The notes under the pieces are model-generated. The model saw nothing but the letters and a program-made list of their open reading frames with translations, was not told where the DNA came from and made no database searches. A stretch of 61,023 nucleotides of DNA, counting the filler, from Basidiobolus ranarum (Eukaryota): the NCBI GenBank assembly GCA_040143965.1. It is 3 parts of 3 records of this genome, joined end to end, with 100 filler letters (N's around TTAATTAATTAA, not from the genome) between each part and the next. Parts side by side here need not be neighbours in the genome. Positions count along the whole stretch, not along the records: positions 20,436 to 40,724 come from JASJQH010007107.1; 2 more parts are not named here. One strand, given 5' to 3'. Shown here piece after piece: positions 26,019-37,461 of this stretch (its first letter is position 1; every line of letters begins with the position of its first letter). The position numbers were made by a program, and so were the translations under genes.

Positions 26019-26794
26019 TCACTTGAATAGAGAACCAGCGAAACGTTCTTTGGCGGTTTGATAGGCTTGAAGTAATGTTTGATCAGTTATAGAACTTTCA
26101 AACGAATCTTGTCCACGTTTAGATACTCTAGAGACAATATTTTCGGGATCTACTTCAAGAATGATGCTAAATAAAGTGGATAAAATTAGTATTCTCGGAA
26201 ACATAAGAGTTCTTAGTAGTCTAGTAAATACCCATCATCTATAGTTTCATCAAGGGCAAGAGTGACAAGATCGTAATGGTCAAGAACAGTTCTCTTTTCT
26301 ATCTGCTCTCTGAGAATATTTTATCAATAGTGTAAAGTTAGTAAGTAATATACCACTAAGAAAATCTCCCTTCTTCTCAAAGTACCTTAAAAGAATGCTA
26401 ACTGCCTCGTAATACGCGTTCAATACTGAAGATAATAAAAGTTCATTCTCTTCGGCAGAACCAACTACATAGAAATATACATCTACAGCACTACGGTAAA
26501 GTACTACTTGTCCATCAAATAAGATGATTTCACCTTTTGAACGAAATATTGAGTTAAATACTTGAAGTTTCTCGGATATAAACTGAATATCTAGGTTTAG
26601 TGAAGAAAATAAAAGGGGAACTCACTGTTAGCGCGGTTGGTCTTTTCAAATAGTGCTTTCTCAAAGGCTTTTTGTTCCTTTAGGGTTTGTAAGGAGGAGG
26701 AAGAAGCAGGTTTATAGTATTTGGCTAGGATACGATTACCCTCAGAATCTAAGAGAATGACCGCTTTGGTTGTATAAAGTGAAAGGTTGTTCAT
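26019..26794 (-). CDS. RET3: Coatomer subunit zeta (COPZ/Ret3), 4 exons
   Basis: LSLYTTKAVILLDSEGNRILAKYY, QKAFEKALFEKT, EENELL, LALDETIDDGIILE; possible alternative spliced stop at 25955. Confidence 0.92.
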
Positions 26795-27215
26795 CTTTGA
26801 AGGTGACGGGAAAAGAACTCGAGCTTGGACTGACAAGAAGGGAAATTATTAGATGGAACTGCCCCAAGTAAACATTCATTCCTAACTAGGTAACTTACCC
26901 ACCGTAGTAAAATAAGATCTAACAACTTTAGTTTTCAGTGGTTAACGTTACTTTAATCGATTTATCCGCATGACACGTATCTGCTACTTAGTGCCTCGAA
27001 TTTCTCGGAAAACTACGTATGTTTGTATGTCAGTTACATAGCCAGTATTGTATACATATGAAGACATTTAGTGTACCATTAAAATTGGTATCAATGATAC
27101 AGTTGCACAAATAAATAGAATAACGTATAAAGATGTATGTGATATGGCTAAAATGAAATTGCTAGGTGTTTCAATTTTATTAGGAAATTTATGAAGTTCC
27201 TTAAAGACAAGTAGT

Positions 27216-27921
27216 TTACTTGCGGGCCTTGAGCTTACGAACGTAAAATTCAAGTTCTTGACCTTCCAAGATATAACCGTCACAACGGCCAGATTGACCA
27301 GGGCGGGAAGAGATCTTAGCGTAGATACGACCAGTGGAGAATTGATCAGCCAAGTGGTGATCGATCTTAGCTTGTTGCTTGCGAGAATCGATCTTGCGTT
27401 GAACATGGTTGGAACGCTTGACTTCTTCTTCAACCTCAGCTTCAGTACCCTTGGACTTCTTACGGCCTAAAGGTTGAGCATAGTGGCTTTCGTACCATTG
27501 ACGGAAAGGAGTAGCATCAACTTGGATGACGGCTCCCTTGACAAGAGTGTTGGTACGGACCAATTCGTTGTTGGAGGCGTTGTAAACAACGGCAACGATT
27601 CTGGTCTTCTTGGCAATACTCTCAGATCCCCAGGAGAAGTTACCAGTATCAAGACGAAGAGCACGGAACTTGCGGTTTCCACCACGGACACGGACTTCGT
27701 GAATACGCTTAGCACCAAGTTTAGTGTTGGCAGCTTGACGACCCAACTCGAACTTTCTCTTCTTACGGTAGTGGGCGCGTTTAGCACCAGTGTGCGATCT
27801 CTTATGACGAGAGTCTCTGCTGATACCTATGATCGAATGAGAATATGACGGTTACTATGATGAACATTGGATGGATGCTTGTTGCTTCGTTTAAAGATTA
27901 ACTTTGTCAATACATACCCAT
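27216..27921 (-). CDS. RPS8: 40S ribosomal protein eS8
   Basis: ATGG, intron 27827-27917, then [10 protein letters not shown]...[13 protein letters not shown]...[17 protein letters not shown]. Confidence 0.97.
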
Positions 27922-28597
27922 GATTCCTAATGGTTAGGCGGGAAATGGAAAAGGAAGAATCATGGTGGAAGATGCATCGATATTTATCGATGTCCATGCA
28001 CGTGACATGACGGACTTGAAAAAAGGAATTTTTTTTTGTTCAAAAGAAATTCAATTATGGATGAATCAATGGTAAAGTTGATTTTCAGGATAGATTTAAG
28101 TTGAATATCGAGATAAATATAAGATTTGACGATGATTATATTTGATCGGAAATTCGGAAGGGATTTTTTAATAATCAATTATGTATTATCTCATATTCGC
28201 GTTGTATATTTGTTCGCATATTTGGATTAATTTAAGTGAAACTACAAAAAAAGGAGTGAACGCTCTAAAGAAGTACGTGTGGGAGAGGAAAATGATGGCC
28301 GAATCCAGCCAGCGATGGTATTATACATTGGTGGTTGAGGCGTTGAGATAAAGTAGTAGAGTAATGATTGAGCTAGAGGAACTAGGGACAGGGTGTGATG
28401 TTTTTGGCTCGTTCAGCGGAGGATATAGAGTTGGACAAAAACCTATTTAAAGGTGGAATGATGTGAATGGATTTCATAGACAGGTAGAAGGTAACAGAAT
28501 GTCCAAGTTATGGAGCTTCGTTGTGCGAAGGTGAAATAGAAATACAAACCTGGTATTCCTTGACCCCGTGTTCATGCACTTTTGTTTCTTGCAGTCT

Positions 28598-30835
28598 TCA
28601 CGGCGAAGTATTTGCCAAGTTCCCTTTGTAAATGGCTAGTGGTAGATCATCATCGTCATCATTGTGACTTTGCTCATCTACTTCACACTTGATATGTGTA
28701 TCTTGATTGGTATCGGAATCAGTATCAGAACTACTGTCTGAAAAAGTAGAGCGGCTTTTAGCTAATTGATGACGAGTGGTATCGGCTGCATGTTTGAGCA
28801 TAACGCTCTTATCTCCATTGTGAATTCGTTGATGTTGCTGTCTATATTGGGGGCTCTGTACTGCCATTTCCGACTTTTTACCATTGCTAATCCCATCAGA
28901 ATTGTTCAGCGAGGGACGTTTGGCTCTTCTACGACCTCCTGGAGTTTTACCAACCTTGCTTTTCACAAACATTGCTTCTTTGGAGGATCGATCTTCAGCG
29001 ATTGAAGGGTCGGAGCTTTGCTTGCTAACGACGGATAGGTACCAGAACATCATATTGGATATAAGAACTTGGTGAAGCAGAGGTCGACGAGGATTGGTCA
29101 GTTTGATGTGTGAAAGACGGTAAATTCCTCTCTCGATATGAATTGGCAATCGACTGTAGTTCGTATAACGAGGTTTTGTGGAGATCGTTTCTAGTTTGAT
29201 AGGGCTTACATCAGATATGGAGTTTCCGTTCTCTTGAGAATTCAAATTGTTCTTATTTTTGGATTTGGAGAAGAATGTCAGAATAGGAGAGTAAGGCTTT
29301 TTGATCTTTTGGTCGTTATTGCTTTGAATATGTTCCTTAGAAGTAGGTTCTATTTCAGTATCCGAGCTACCTTGCTTCTTGGATGAGTCGGACGGTACTT
29401 TCTTCTTCTTGGTGGATTTCTTCTTGACCGTTTCCTCTTCTTCAACTTTACCACTCATATCTTCTGGCGATGAAGGTCGACTTTTCTCCAATTTCTTGGA
29501 TTTAGTAACTTTCTGGGCAGGAGTATCACTAGGTTCAGCTCCCCAAAACCAGGACCAAGAGGAATTTTTCTTCTTTGAACTTCCCAACACTGGTTGCTTT
29601 TCGATGGTTTCGGATTTTTCAGCAATAATAGGGGTAGAGGTATCTACATATACAACTTTACTTATCAATGAGAGTTCTTGAAAGTAAAAAAGAGATCATT
29701 CACTTCAGTAGAATGAAGATTTACCTAAATTTTGGAGGATCGGTAAAGAGTCTTTTCTAGGTGGTAGATTTTTAGATGGGGACAAATCTTCAGAAGAATT
29801 TCTTTCCAATTCCATTGGAATATCACTTGTATCATCGACAGGGCTTTCAGGGGACATTTCTGACTCACTTTCTTGTGGCGTTGCCTCTGGAGAACTACCC
29901 TCCTCTGGACTACTACCTTTATCAGAATCCTTATCCTTCGTTTGTGAAATATCCCCCTCTACAGACTTACTTTTACGTAAACTTGGTTTGATGATATGAA
30001 CTCGAGATTCGGTGGACTTAACGGAATTCCTTCTGACTTTGGTTCTAGCACTTCGTTTTAAGGAAGGACGCAAGTCTATACTTTGAATCAAGAAGGGAGC
30101 ATTGAATGCGGATCTTTCACTATCAGCTTCATCTTAGAAACGATGTAAAAACAACAAACGCGAAAGGAAAAATAATCAGTTAGTTACTTTAGTTACAACC
30201 ATAAGGGATAAAAATCCAGATAGTGAAAGAAGTGGGGATACTACTTAATGTATTTAGAAAAGCAGTGGATTTTTTTAAGGAAGGAAATAGTTAAAACCTT
30301 TATGTCTCGGTATTTTCATCCCGGTGGTCACGGTTAGTTGACGTCTTAAATTGGAAGGATTCAGGGAAGGTTTCGTGGATTTTTTACCGTCCGCCGTTAA
30401 CTCGCTAGCAAAATCGGAACCACTGTAGGAATGCAAGGAGAGAATGGATTTTCGCCGCGTTAACGTGGTTTCCGTGTGATTAACCGCACTAGAATGTTTG
30501 TGTAACCATGCTTTAAACTGATATGGAGCTATCTCTGGATGAAGGTGGGCAGGAACCCAGAATAAGTGCGAAGGATTTTCACTTAATGCCCAGTCTGTTA
30601 AGGAATTGGGATTTACGCACTCCATCTCTAGTGAATTGTTCGCAGAGGTGAGCATGGTTTCAGAAAGGTTTACTTGGTTATTATTCGAAAGGGGGAAACT
30701 CTCTTTTTCTATTGATGGTTCAAAGATGTGCTGGCTAAAGGTTGACTTGTATTCTACCATGTCCCTAGGTTTGATTTGCCCCTCGATGTTAGCTTCTTCC
30801 ATTTCAGGAGAAAGGGGTGAATCGTAATCTACCAT
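28598..30835 (-). CDS. ZDS1: Zds1-like PP2A(Cdc55) regulator, 3 exons
   Basis: LFWVPAHLHPEIAP..F..WL motif and Zds_C domain RLPIHIERGIYRLSHIKLTNPRRPLLHQVLISNMMFWY. Confidence 0.85.
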
Positions 30836-31363
30836 CTTGAGGGAAAAAGAACTGCCTTAGCCTGTTTTGTACGTTTGAATGAAGCGTAATTGAAATATTC
30901 ACCTTAGTAAACCCTCAAAAACTAGCAACCTGATGCAAGTAAAGACACTAAAAAACGGATGTGGTTGTAAACCGGAAGAGAAGTAATTTGTCAGGGGATA
31001 TTTAAGGGAATAAGGGTTAGTGTGATAAGATAGTGTAGTGAAGGAAGTACCTATGATATACTATTACTTGGTAGGTTTAGACAAGAAAGTAGTTGAAATA
31101 ACGTCAGGGACGGAAAGTTCAAGGAAATTGCCACTGCCTGTCCAATCAATTGGCTTTATTAGTGGTACTTTGCAAATAAGGGATTTCAATGAGTCTTAAA
31201 TTGCCGGCAACAAGATTTTAACATAATCTCCAACATAATCCCAGTTTCCCTTCGAAAAAGCTGGTTTCCTTCTTTGGAAATAAATGGTTAATCGGCGGGC
31301 TAGCAATGTCAGAGGGTATAATTACAATGCGTTTATAGTATAATATCTCGTGTGTATAGAAGC

Positions 31364-31487
31364 TTAGGGTTAGGGTTAGGATGTGTCGGTTGGCGTTTAA
31401 AATCAACATTCATAACTTGGCATAAGCTTAGGGTTACTTAAATGCAAACACTGAGTGCGTAGGGTTAGTTTATAATTTAGGGTTAGG
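31364..31487 (+). promoter_or_regulatory. Cluster of telomere-like TTAGGG motifs in the divergent ZDS1/RPS4 promoter
   Basis: TTAGGGTTAGGGTTAGG (31364-31380), TTAGGGTTA (31428), TAGGGTTAG (31460), TTAGGGTTAGG (31477), all in one orientation, 150-275 bp upstream of the RPS4 ATG. Confidence 0.6.
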
Positions 31488-31638
31488 TTTCGAGATCTGG
31501 TGTGTGATCTTGATGATCCGAATTGAGTATCAAAAAAATTCCAATTTTAATACTGAGGATGACCAGCTTTAAAAAGTCTTTCGAATTTGTCGGATTTCCC
31601 TCCTTTCACCTTGGTTCATCCTTGTTAATTTGCCCACC

Positions 31639-32567
31639 ATGGTACGTACTATTAATCTTATCTATGTTGCTACTGTATCCACTCATTGATCCTTTCTCGA
31701 TGTTGATTGGAGTCGATGGATGTATGTATTAAATGGATGGACTGTGATAGCTAACTAGATATTTATGTTATTTAGGCTCGCGGACCAAAGAAACATCTCA
31801 AGCGTCTTAATGCTCCCAAGCACTGGATGCTTGACAAACTTACCGGTACTTATGCCCCTAGACCCTCTGCTGGTCCCCATAAGCTCCGTGAGTGCCTTCC
31901 TTTGGTTATCTTCTTGAGAAACCGTCTCAAGTACGCTCTTACCAAGAAGGAAGTCCAAAGCATCCTCATGCAACGTTTGGTCAAGGTTGACGGTAAGGTC
32001 AGAACTGACACTACCTATCCTTCCGGCTTCATGGATGTTGTCTCCATCGAGCAAACTGGTGAGCACTTCCGTCTCGTTTACGATACCAAGGGTCGTTTCA
32101 CTGTTCATAGAATTTCTGCTGAAGAAGCTCAATATAAGCTCTGTAAAGTTAAGAAGGTTCAAATCGGTGCCAAGGGAATCCCATTCGTCATCACCCACGA
32201 TGGTCGTACTCTTCGTTACCCCGATCCTCTTGTCAAGGCTAACGATACCGTTAAGCTTGACCTTGAAACCGGTAAAATGACCGATTTCATCAAGTTTGAT
32301 GTTGGTAACGTTGCCATGATCACTGGTGGTCGTAACATGGGTCGTGTTGGTGTTATCACTCATCGTGAGAAGCATCACGGTGGTTTCGATATTGTTCACG
32401 TCAAGGATGTCCTTGACCGTCAATTCGCCACTCGTTTGTCCAACGTGTTCGTTATCGGTGAAAGCAACAAGCCTTGGATCTCTCTCCCCAAAAACAAGGG
32501 TGTCAAGCTCACCATCACTGAAGAGCGTGACCGTAGAAGAGAGAAACAATTGGCCGGTTCCGCTTAA
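31639..32567 (+). CDS. RPS4: 40S ribosomal protein eS4
   Basis: ATG, intron 31642-31775, then [22 protein letters not shown]...; full eS4 sequence. Confidence 0.97.
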
Positions 32568-33024
32568 GTTAACCTAATGGTTGATTCTCCACACCCAAGA
32601 TATATCAATAAATATATTTAATTCAAAACACTAGTTAAAGCACTATCATTTATCTGTTGAACCGTTCTTGATTATTTGGTGATACATTGAGTGTTGAATG
32701 TACATTGTCTTGGCGACGTCCTTGATGTCGGCTTAATATATTCCAATATGGATGAAGTCTGGGTTGTCGTTCTAAGGATGGGTGATTCCATGTGTGTACC
32801 TTACTTTACATCATTGGTTGCTTCTAATGATTTATTTAAGAATGTCCAATAGTCATCGACAATAATCAGTGCTAAATTAATACCTACTCCAAATGGCCAA
32901 TCAAGTAAATGGGCTCCAGGTGACGTAGGGGGGATAGATCGTGTCCGAGGTGATTTTTAGTTCTAAAGGGAGAGTAGGTGCGTTTAAATACTTTAGCAAC
33001 GTCTTTATTCCACGAAATATTACC

Positions 33025-34529
33025 ATGGCTGATCAATCACTACTTTCAAATTTAATAAAGCGCTTAGAAGCCGCTACTTCTAAACTTGAGGATATCGCGC
33101 TAGGAAAAAACAACTCGGGAGCTAGTGCCCCGGTTGTCGCTCAAGAGGGTGCTTCTGAAGCGGACTCTAACTCACCCGCTCTAAGAGCCTTTGATGATAT
33201 CATTTTCTCTTCTCTCAAAACTTTTGTTGACAACTCAAAGAATATTGACGGGTTAGTTAAAGAACAGGTATGCGAATACTCGCGTTAACCTTCATCATAC
33301 TATTTCCATTCTGACTTTTTATCATATAGAGTGATGCCGTTGAGCAAATATTCCAAGCTCAACGTAAACTTATTAGTATTGCTACACAAGCTCAAAAGCC
33401 AGATGTTACTTCCTCTGTATATGCTGAACTTTTGAAACCTACTCAACAAGCTCTCGAAAAGATTACAGAAATCCGTGAGAAGAACCGTGCTTCACCATTT
33501 TTCAATCATCTCTCTACTGTAGGAGAGGGTATCCCTGCTTTGGGTTGGGTTGCTGTTGAACCTGCTCCAGCACCTTATGTGGGTGAGATGAAGGACAGCG
33601 CGGTGTTTTATGCTAACCGTGTTATGAAGGAATTCAAAGATAAAGATCGTAAGCATATCGTTTGGGCCAATAGCTTTATTTCCTTATTGGGTGATTTACA
33701 GGTCTACGTTAAGGAGCATCATACAACTGGTCTAGTCTGGAATCCCAAAGGTCAAGATGCTAAAGTCTTTCTTAATGATAATGCACCCCCAGCTCCAGCC
33801 GGCGGTGCGATCCCTCCTCCTCCACCCCCACCACCAGCCGACTTCCAAGCTCCTCCCAAGCAGTCTGCCCCAGATATGACCAATCTTTTCAATGACTTGA
33901 ACAAAGGAGAGGGTATTACTTCTGGACTTAAAAAGGTCAGCAAAGACCAGATGACCCATAAAAATCCTGAACTCAGATCTGGAGGAGTAGTTGCCCCATC
34001 GGCACCCAAGCCATCGGCTGCACCAACACCTGTCACAAAGGCACCTAAGAAAGTAGCGAAATTCGAATTGGAGGGAAATAAATGGGTTGTTGAGAATCAA
34101 ATCAATAACCAAGAATTGATCATCGAACACACCGAGACCAGACAAAGTGTTTACATATACGGTTGTGAAGGTAGTACTATCCAAGTGAAAGGAAAAGTGA
34201 ACGCCATCATCCTTGACACCTGCAAGAAGACCGGAGTTGTATTTGATTCCACCGTATCCACCATTGATATTGTCAACTCTAAATCAGTTCAAGTCCAAGT
34301 CCTTGGAGTAACTCCAACCATTGTTATTGATAAAACCGACGGAGCTCAGCTCTTCTTGAGTAAAGAGTGTTTGGGTGTGGATGTGTTCACAGCCAAGAGT
34401 TCCGAAGTGAACATCTCTATTCCATCAGCAGATGGAGATTTTGTTGAAAAGCCAGTGCCAGAGCAGTTCAAGAGTAAAATAGTCGATGGGCTCGTTGTAA
34501 CCGAGGCGGTTGAACATGCTAGTGCTTAG
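33025..34529 (+). CDS. SRV2: Adenylyl cyclase-associated protein CAP/Srv2, 2 exons
   Basis: LIKRLEAATSKLED motif, poly-Pro, GITSGLKKV..QMTHKNP, C-terminal CARP domain; intron 33268-33329. Confidence 0.95.
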
Positions 34530-34835
34530 TTTATATTGATTGACTTCATTTCATCAGATCAATAAATCACTGTATTTACTTGCATATCCGCTGATTCTTA
34601 GTACTGATGAAACTATTACTCTGACCATTATATATATATATAAATAAAATCATTAAACTAAGTAATGGTCAAATGACAGTGTGTTTAATATACGGATTGA
34701 AACTTTATTGTTTTGACAGAGTTGAATAGAGTTATTAAGATAAGAAGGAAGCTTTGGGTTTCACTTCCCACTTTAACCGTTCATATAAAGTTCACCCAAG
34801 CTACTTTTGTTTATTTACCTTGAGGTAATTACAAA

Positions 34836-36125
34836 ATGTACCCTTTTCAACCGAAACATCACGATCCACCACTTTGCTTTTGTTTGCAACCCGCAACTCC
34901 TTCAGATTCAGTCTGCTTCGGTGCCATCTATGAATGTCACTTCAAAGCGAATAACCCTCCACCATACCCCACTCAATCTGAATCAAAGAGTGAATACCAG
35001 ACGTCCAACCTGAAGCTCGAACAAGATATAGACTCCATCATCAGCACTCTTCGAGAAATTAACCAAGATGACCAAGTATCCTTTTCCGAAAGTTCACGAC
35101 CTTCCACTTCCTTCCACAAACCACCCAAACCCACTCAAGATAAAATATGCGGTTTTCACATTCATAAAAAAGCCTGGGATAGTTTCTTCTCTGGTAAAAC
35201 CTCAGTTCATCTCAATAATGATAATTTTCAACACAGAGAGTTAAAACTTTGCCCATTTTTCAATTTCACCTTTTGCGTTTATTTTCGCTTATCAAATGCT
35301 TATTCAAAGCAATACCCTGTTACCCCGACTTGCTTTTGTGGCGGTAGAGTTATTATAAATAGAACTTACAGAGAAGGAAAAAATTATCGTCGATATGGAT
35401 TTGGTTGCCCCAATTATAAAATCGGTGGTCGTAGAGAGAGATGTACCTGGTTTCTATGGGCCGAACAACTAAGGTTTGATAGACCTCTAGAGGATATTCA
35501 TGCTTCCCAGTTACCCAATGAGAAGGACCTCTTATCCCACAATGCTAGCAATGCCGAAGTGACAGATATTTCCGGATCATCGAGCATTTCTACTCCATCA
35601 GATACCGATGAACGAATATCCGACCTCTTGCCAGTCGATACTTCATCGATCTCGAATACTCATCCTGATCGCCAATCACTTAGCGAGGAGCATAATCCCG
35701 ATATTACATCACCCACCGCTAAGGATGAGCTGACTGAGGATCCTGACTCCAAATCTGGTGCTCTCTCTCACAGCCTTGATGAACTTCAAGCCTTAGAGGT
35801 GGAAACACAGCATCTTCATTTAGCCAATACTCGGCTCAATGTGAAATTGAACGAGTACATGAAAAATAATGAGAAGTTTAAGAAACGCGTTCAAGATCTA
35901 GAGACGTCTATTAGTGATCTCACCGTTGACTTGGACAGTGTTTACGATCAGCAACATCATAAGGGGATTGGAATCAAGTGCAGAATATGTTACGAGAGAT
36001 CTATCACACACGCCATTACCCCTTGCTTTCATTTTGCTCTTTGCGAAAAGTGTGCCACTTTTGTCCAGGAATGTTGTATATGTCGAGTGAAACAGACTGG
36101 GACACAACGGATATATATGGCCTGA
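34836..36125 (+). CDS. Uncharacterised GRF-type zinc finger + coiled-coil + RING protein (putative E3 ligase), intronless
   Basis: PTCFCG..KNYRRYGFGC..CTWFLWAE (GRF-like), PLCFC..YECH and CGFHIH motifs, coiled coil, C-terminal CRICYE..PCFHFALCEKCA....CCICR. Confidence 0.8.
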   Translation: MYPFQPKHHDPPLCFCLQPATPSDSVCFGAIYECHFKANNPPPYPTQSESKSEYQTSNLKLEQDIDSIISTLREINQDDQVSFSESSRPSTSFHKPPKPTQDKICGFHIHKKAWDSFFSGKTSVHLNNDNFQHRELKLCPFFNFTFCVYFRLSNAYSKQYPVTPTCFCGGRVIINRTYREGKNYRRYGFGCPNYKIGGRRERCTWFLWAEQLRFDRPLEDIHASQLPNEKDLLSHNASNAEVTDISGSSSISTPSDTDERISDLLPVDTSSISNTHPDRQSLSEEHNPDITSPTAKDELTEDPDSKSGALSHSLDELQALEVETQHLHLANTRLNVKLNEYMKNNEKFKKRVQDLETSISDLTVDLDSVYDQQHHKGIGIKCRICYERSITHAITPCFHFALCEKCATFVQECCICRVKQTGTQRIYMA

Positions 36126-36469
36126 TGTGGATTCATTTTTCACCACGATATGCACATCTAGTTACTATCTGTATACCATTTCAGCATAAATTACTTATGG
36201 AGTGATTGTGACTGGTTAAGCAATAAAATCCACAACTACACAGAGAGTTTGTAATCATAGATTCGAACAAACAAGGGTTCCGGAAAGAAAGGTTGATAGC
36301 AGCCATGATAGCAAGGGGTTTCAACCAAGTTTACCATCACACCAGGACAGTGATCGAGATCACTTAATTCTATTTAAATCCTCACTGGTTTGCGATACTT
36401 TTTTTCCAATTTTTTTCCCCGAGGATTTCCTATTCAAAGTTACCATTTTGGACAAGTTACTTGTTGAAA

Positions 36470-37344
36470 ATGAAGTTAACCATACCAGACAACTTTTCTA
36501 CCCTAAAACTTAGTGATACCTCAGTGCTGGACGCTTGTCAAACACGTGAGAAATGTCCAAACTGTCAGAAATCGGTGAAATATTTTTGTTACAAGTGTTT
36601 TCAAGTGGTGGGCTGCTCTAAAGACCAAATTCCAAAAGTGAAACTTCCTTTTAAACTAGAAGTGTAAGTTTTTTTATGTAGAAATATGAGGGTGTAAAAC
36701 GGTTCACTTACCTCGAAGTATTTTCAAGTATAAAGCACCAGGCAGAGAGAGACGGTAAATCAACAGCCATTCACGCCAAAATAGTCGCGCCAGAAGACGT
36801 GGAAATATACACCTTTCCCCAAGACTTACCCGACTTGACCAACCTCGAAGATACATTGTTGCTATTTCCCACCAAGGTACCTATTTCATCGTAGCTTCTT
36901 GACTCCCGTACCTTCCTATACCTATTGATATTCTGTGGGATATAGGATGCCAAGTCGTTGTCGGAAATACCGAAGGAGTCTTTCTCCCGGGTGATTGTGG
37001 TAGATGGAACCTGGAAACAGGCCAGTTCGATCCTGCATAACATCCCCGAGTTGAGCAAAATTCGGAAAGTTAAAATACCCACACAAACAACCACTTTCTG
37101 GAGATATCAGAACTGCGATTCTACTCATCTAGCCACCATCGAAGCCATCTATTACTTATACAAAGAATACGCGCTAGCTCAGCAGAGCGCATCTCAGGCT
37201 GTTTATGACGGACGCTATGACGATCTATTGTTCTATTATATTTATTTCTATTCACTTATTCAGAACAATTATATCCATGACAAAGATGAAAGGTCTTTCA
37301 CCTCTCGTCATCAAACGAATTACATTCAGTACCCCGAGAATTGA
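36470..37344 (+). CDS. DTWD1: tRNA-uridine aminocarboxypropyltransferase (DTW domain, DTWD1-like), 3 exons
   Basis: REKCPNC....KYFCYKC, IKH..E.DGKSTAIHAKIVAP, LLFP, VVDGTW, FWRYQ, LATIEAIYY, YDDLLFYY. Confidence 0.87.
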
Positions 37345-37461
37345 GAAGCTCAACATATATATATTAGTGAAATAAATCTATACTATCTGTGAAATAAATC
37401 TCAATCACATAATAATTTCTACATTTTACATTACGAAGTGGATGGGTCATGTGATTGAGAT

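Noticed and set aside
31755..32549. 264-aa antisense ORF over RPS4 (similar ones over RPS8, PMC1, SRV2)
   Set aside because: Shadow ORFs produced by codon bias of the sense genes
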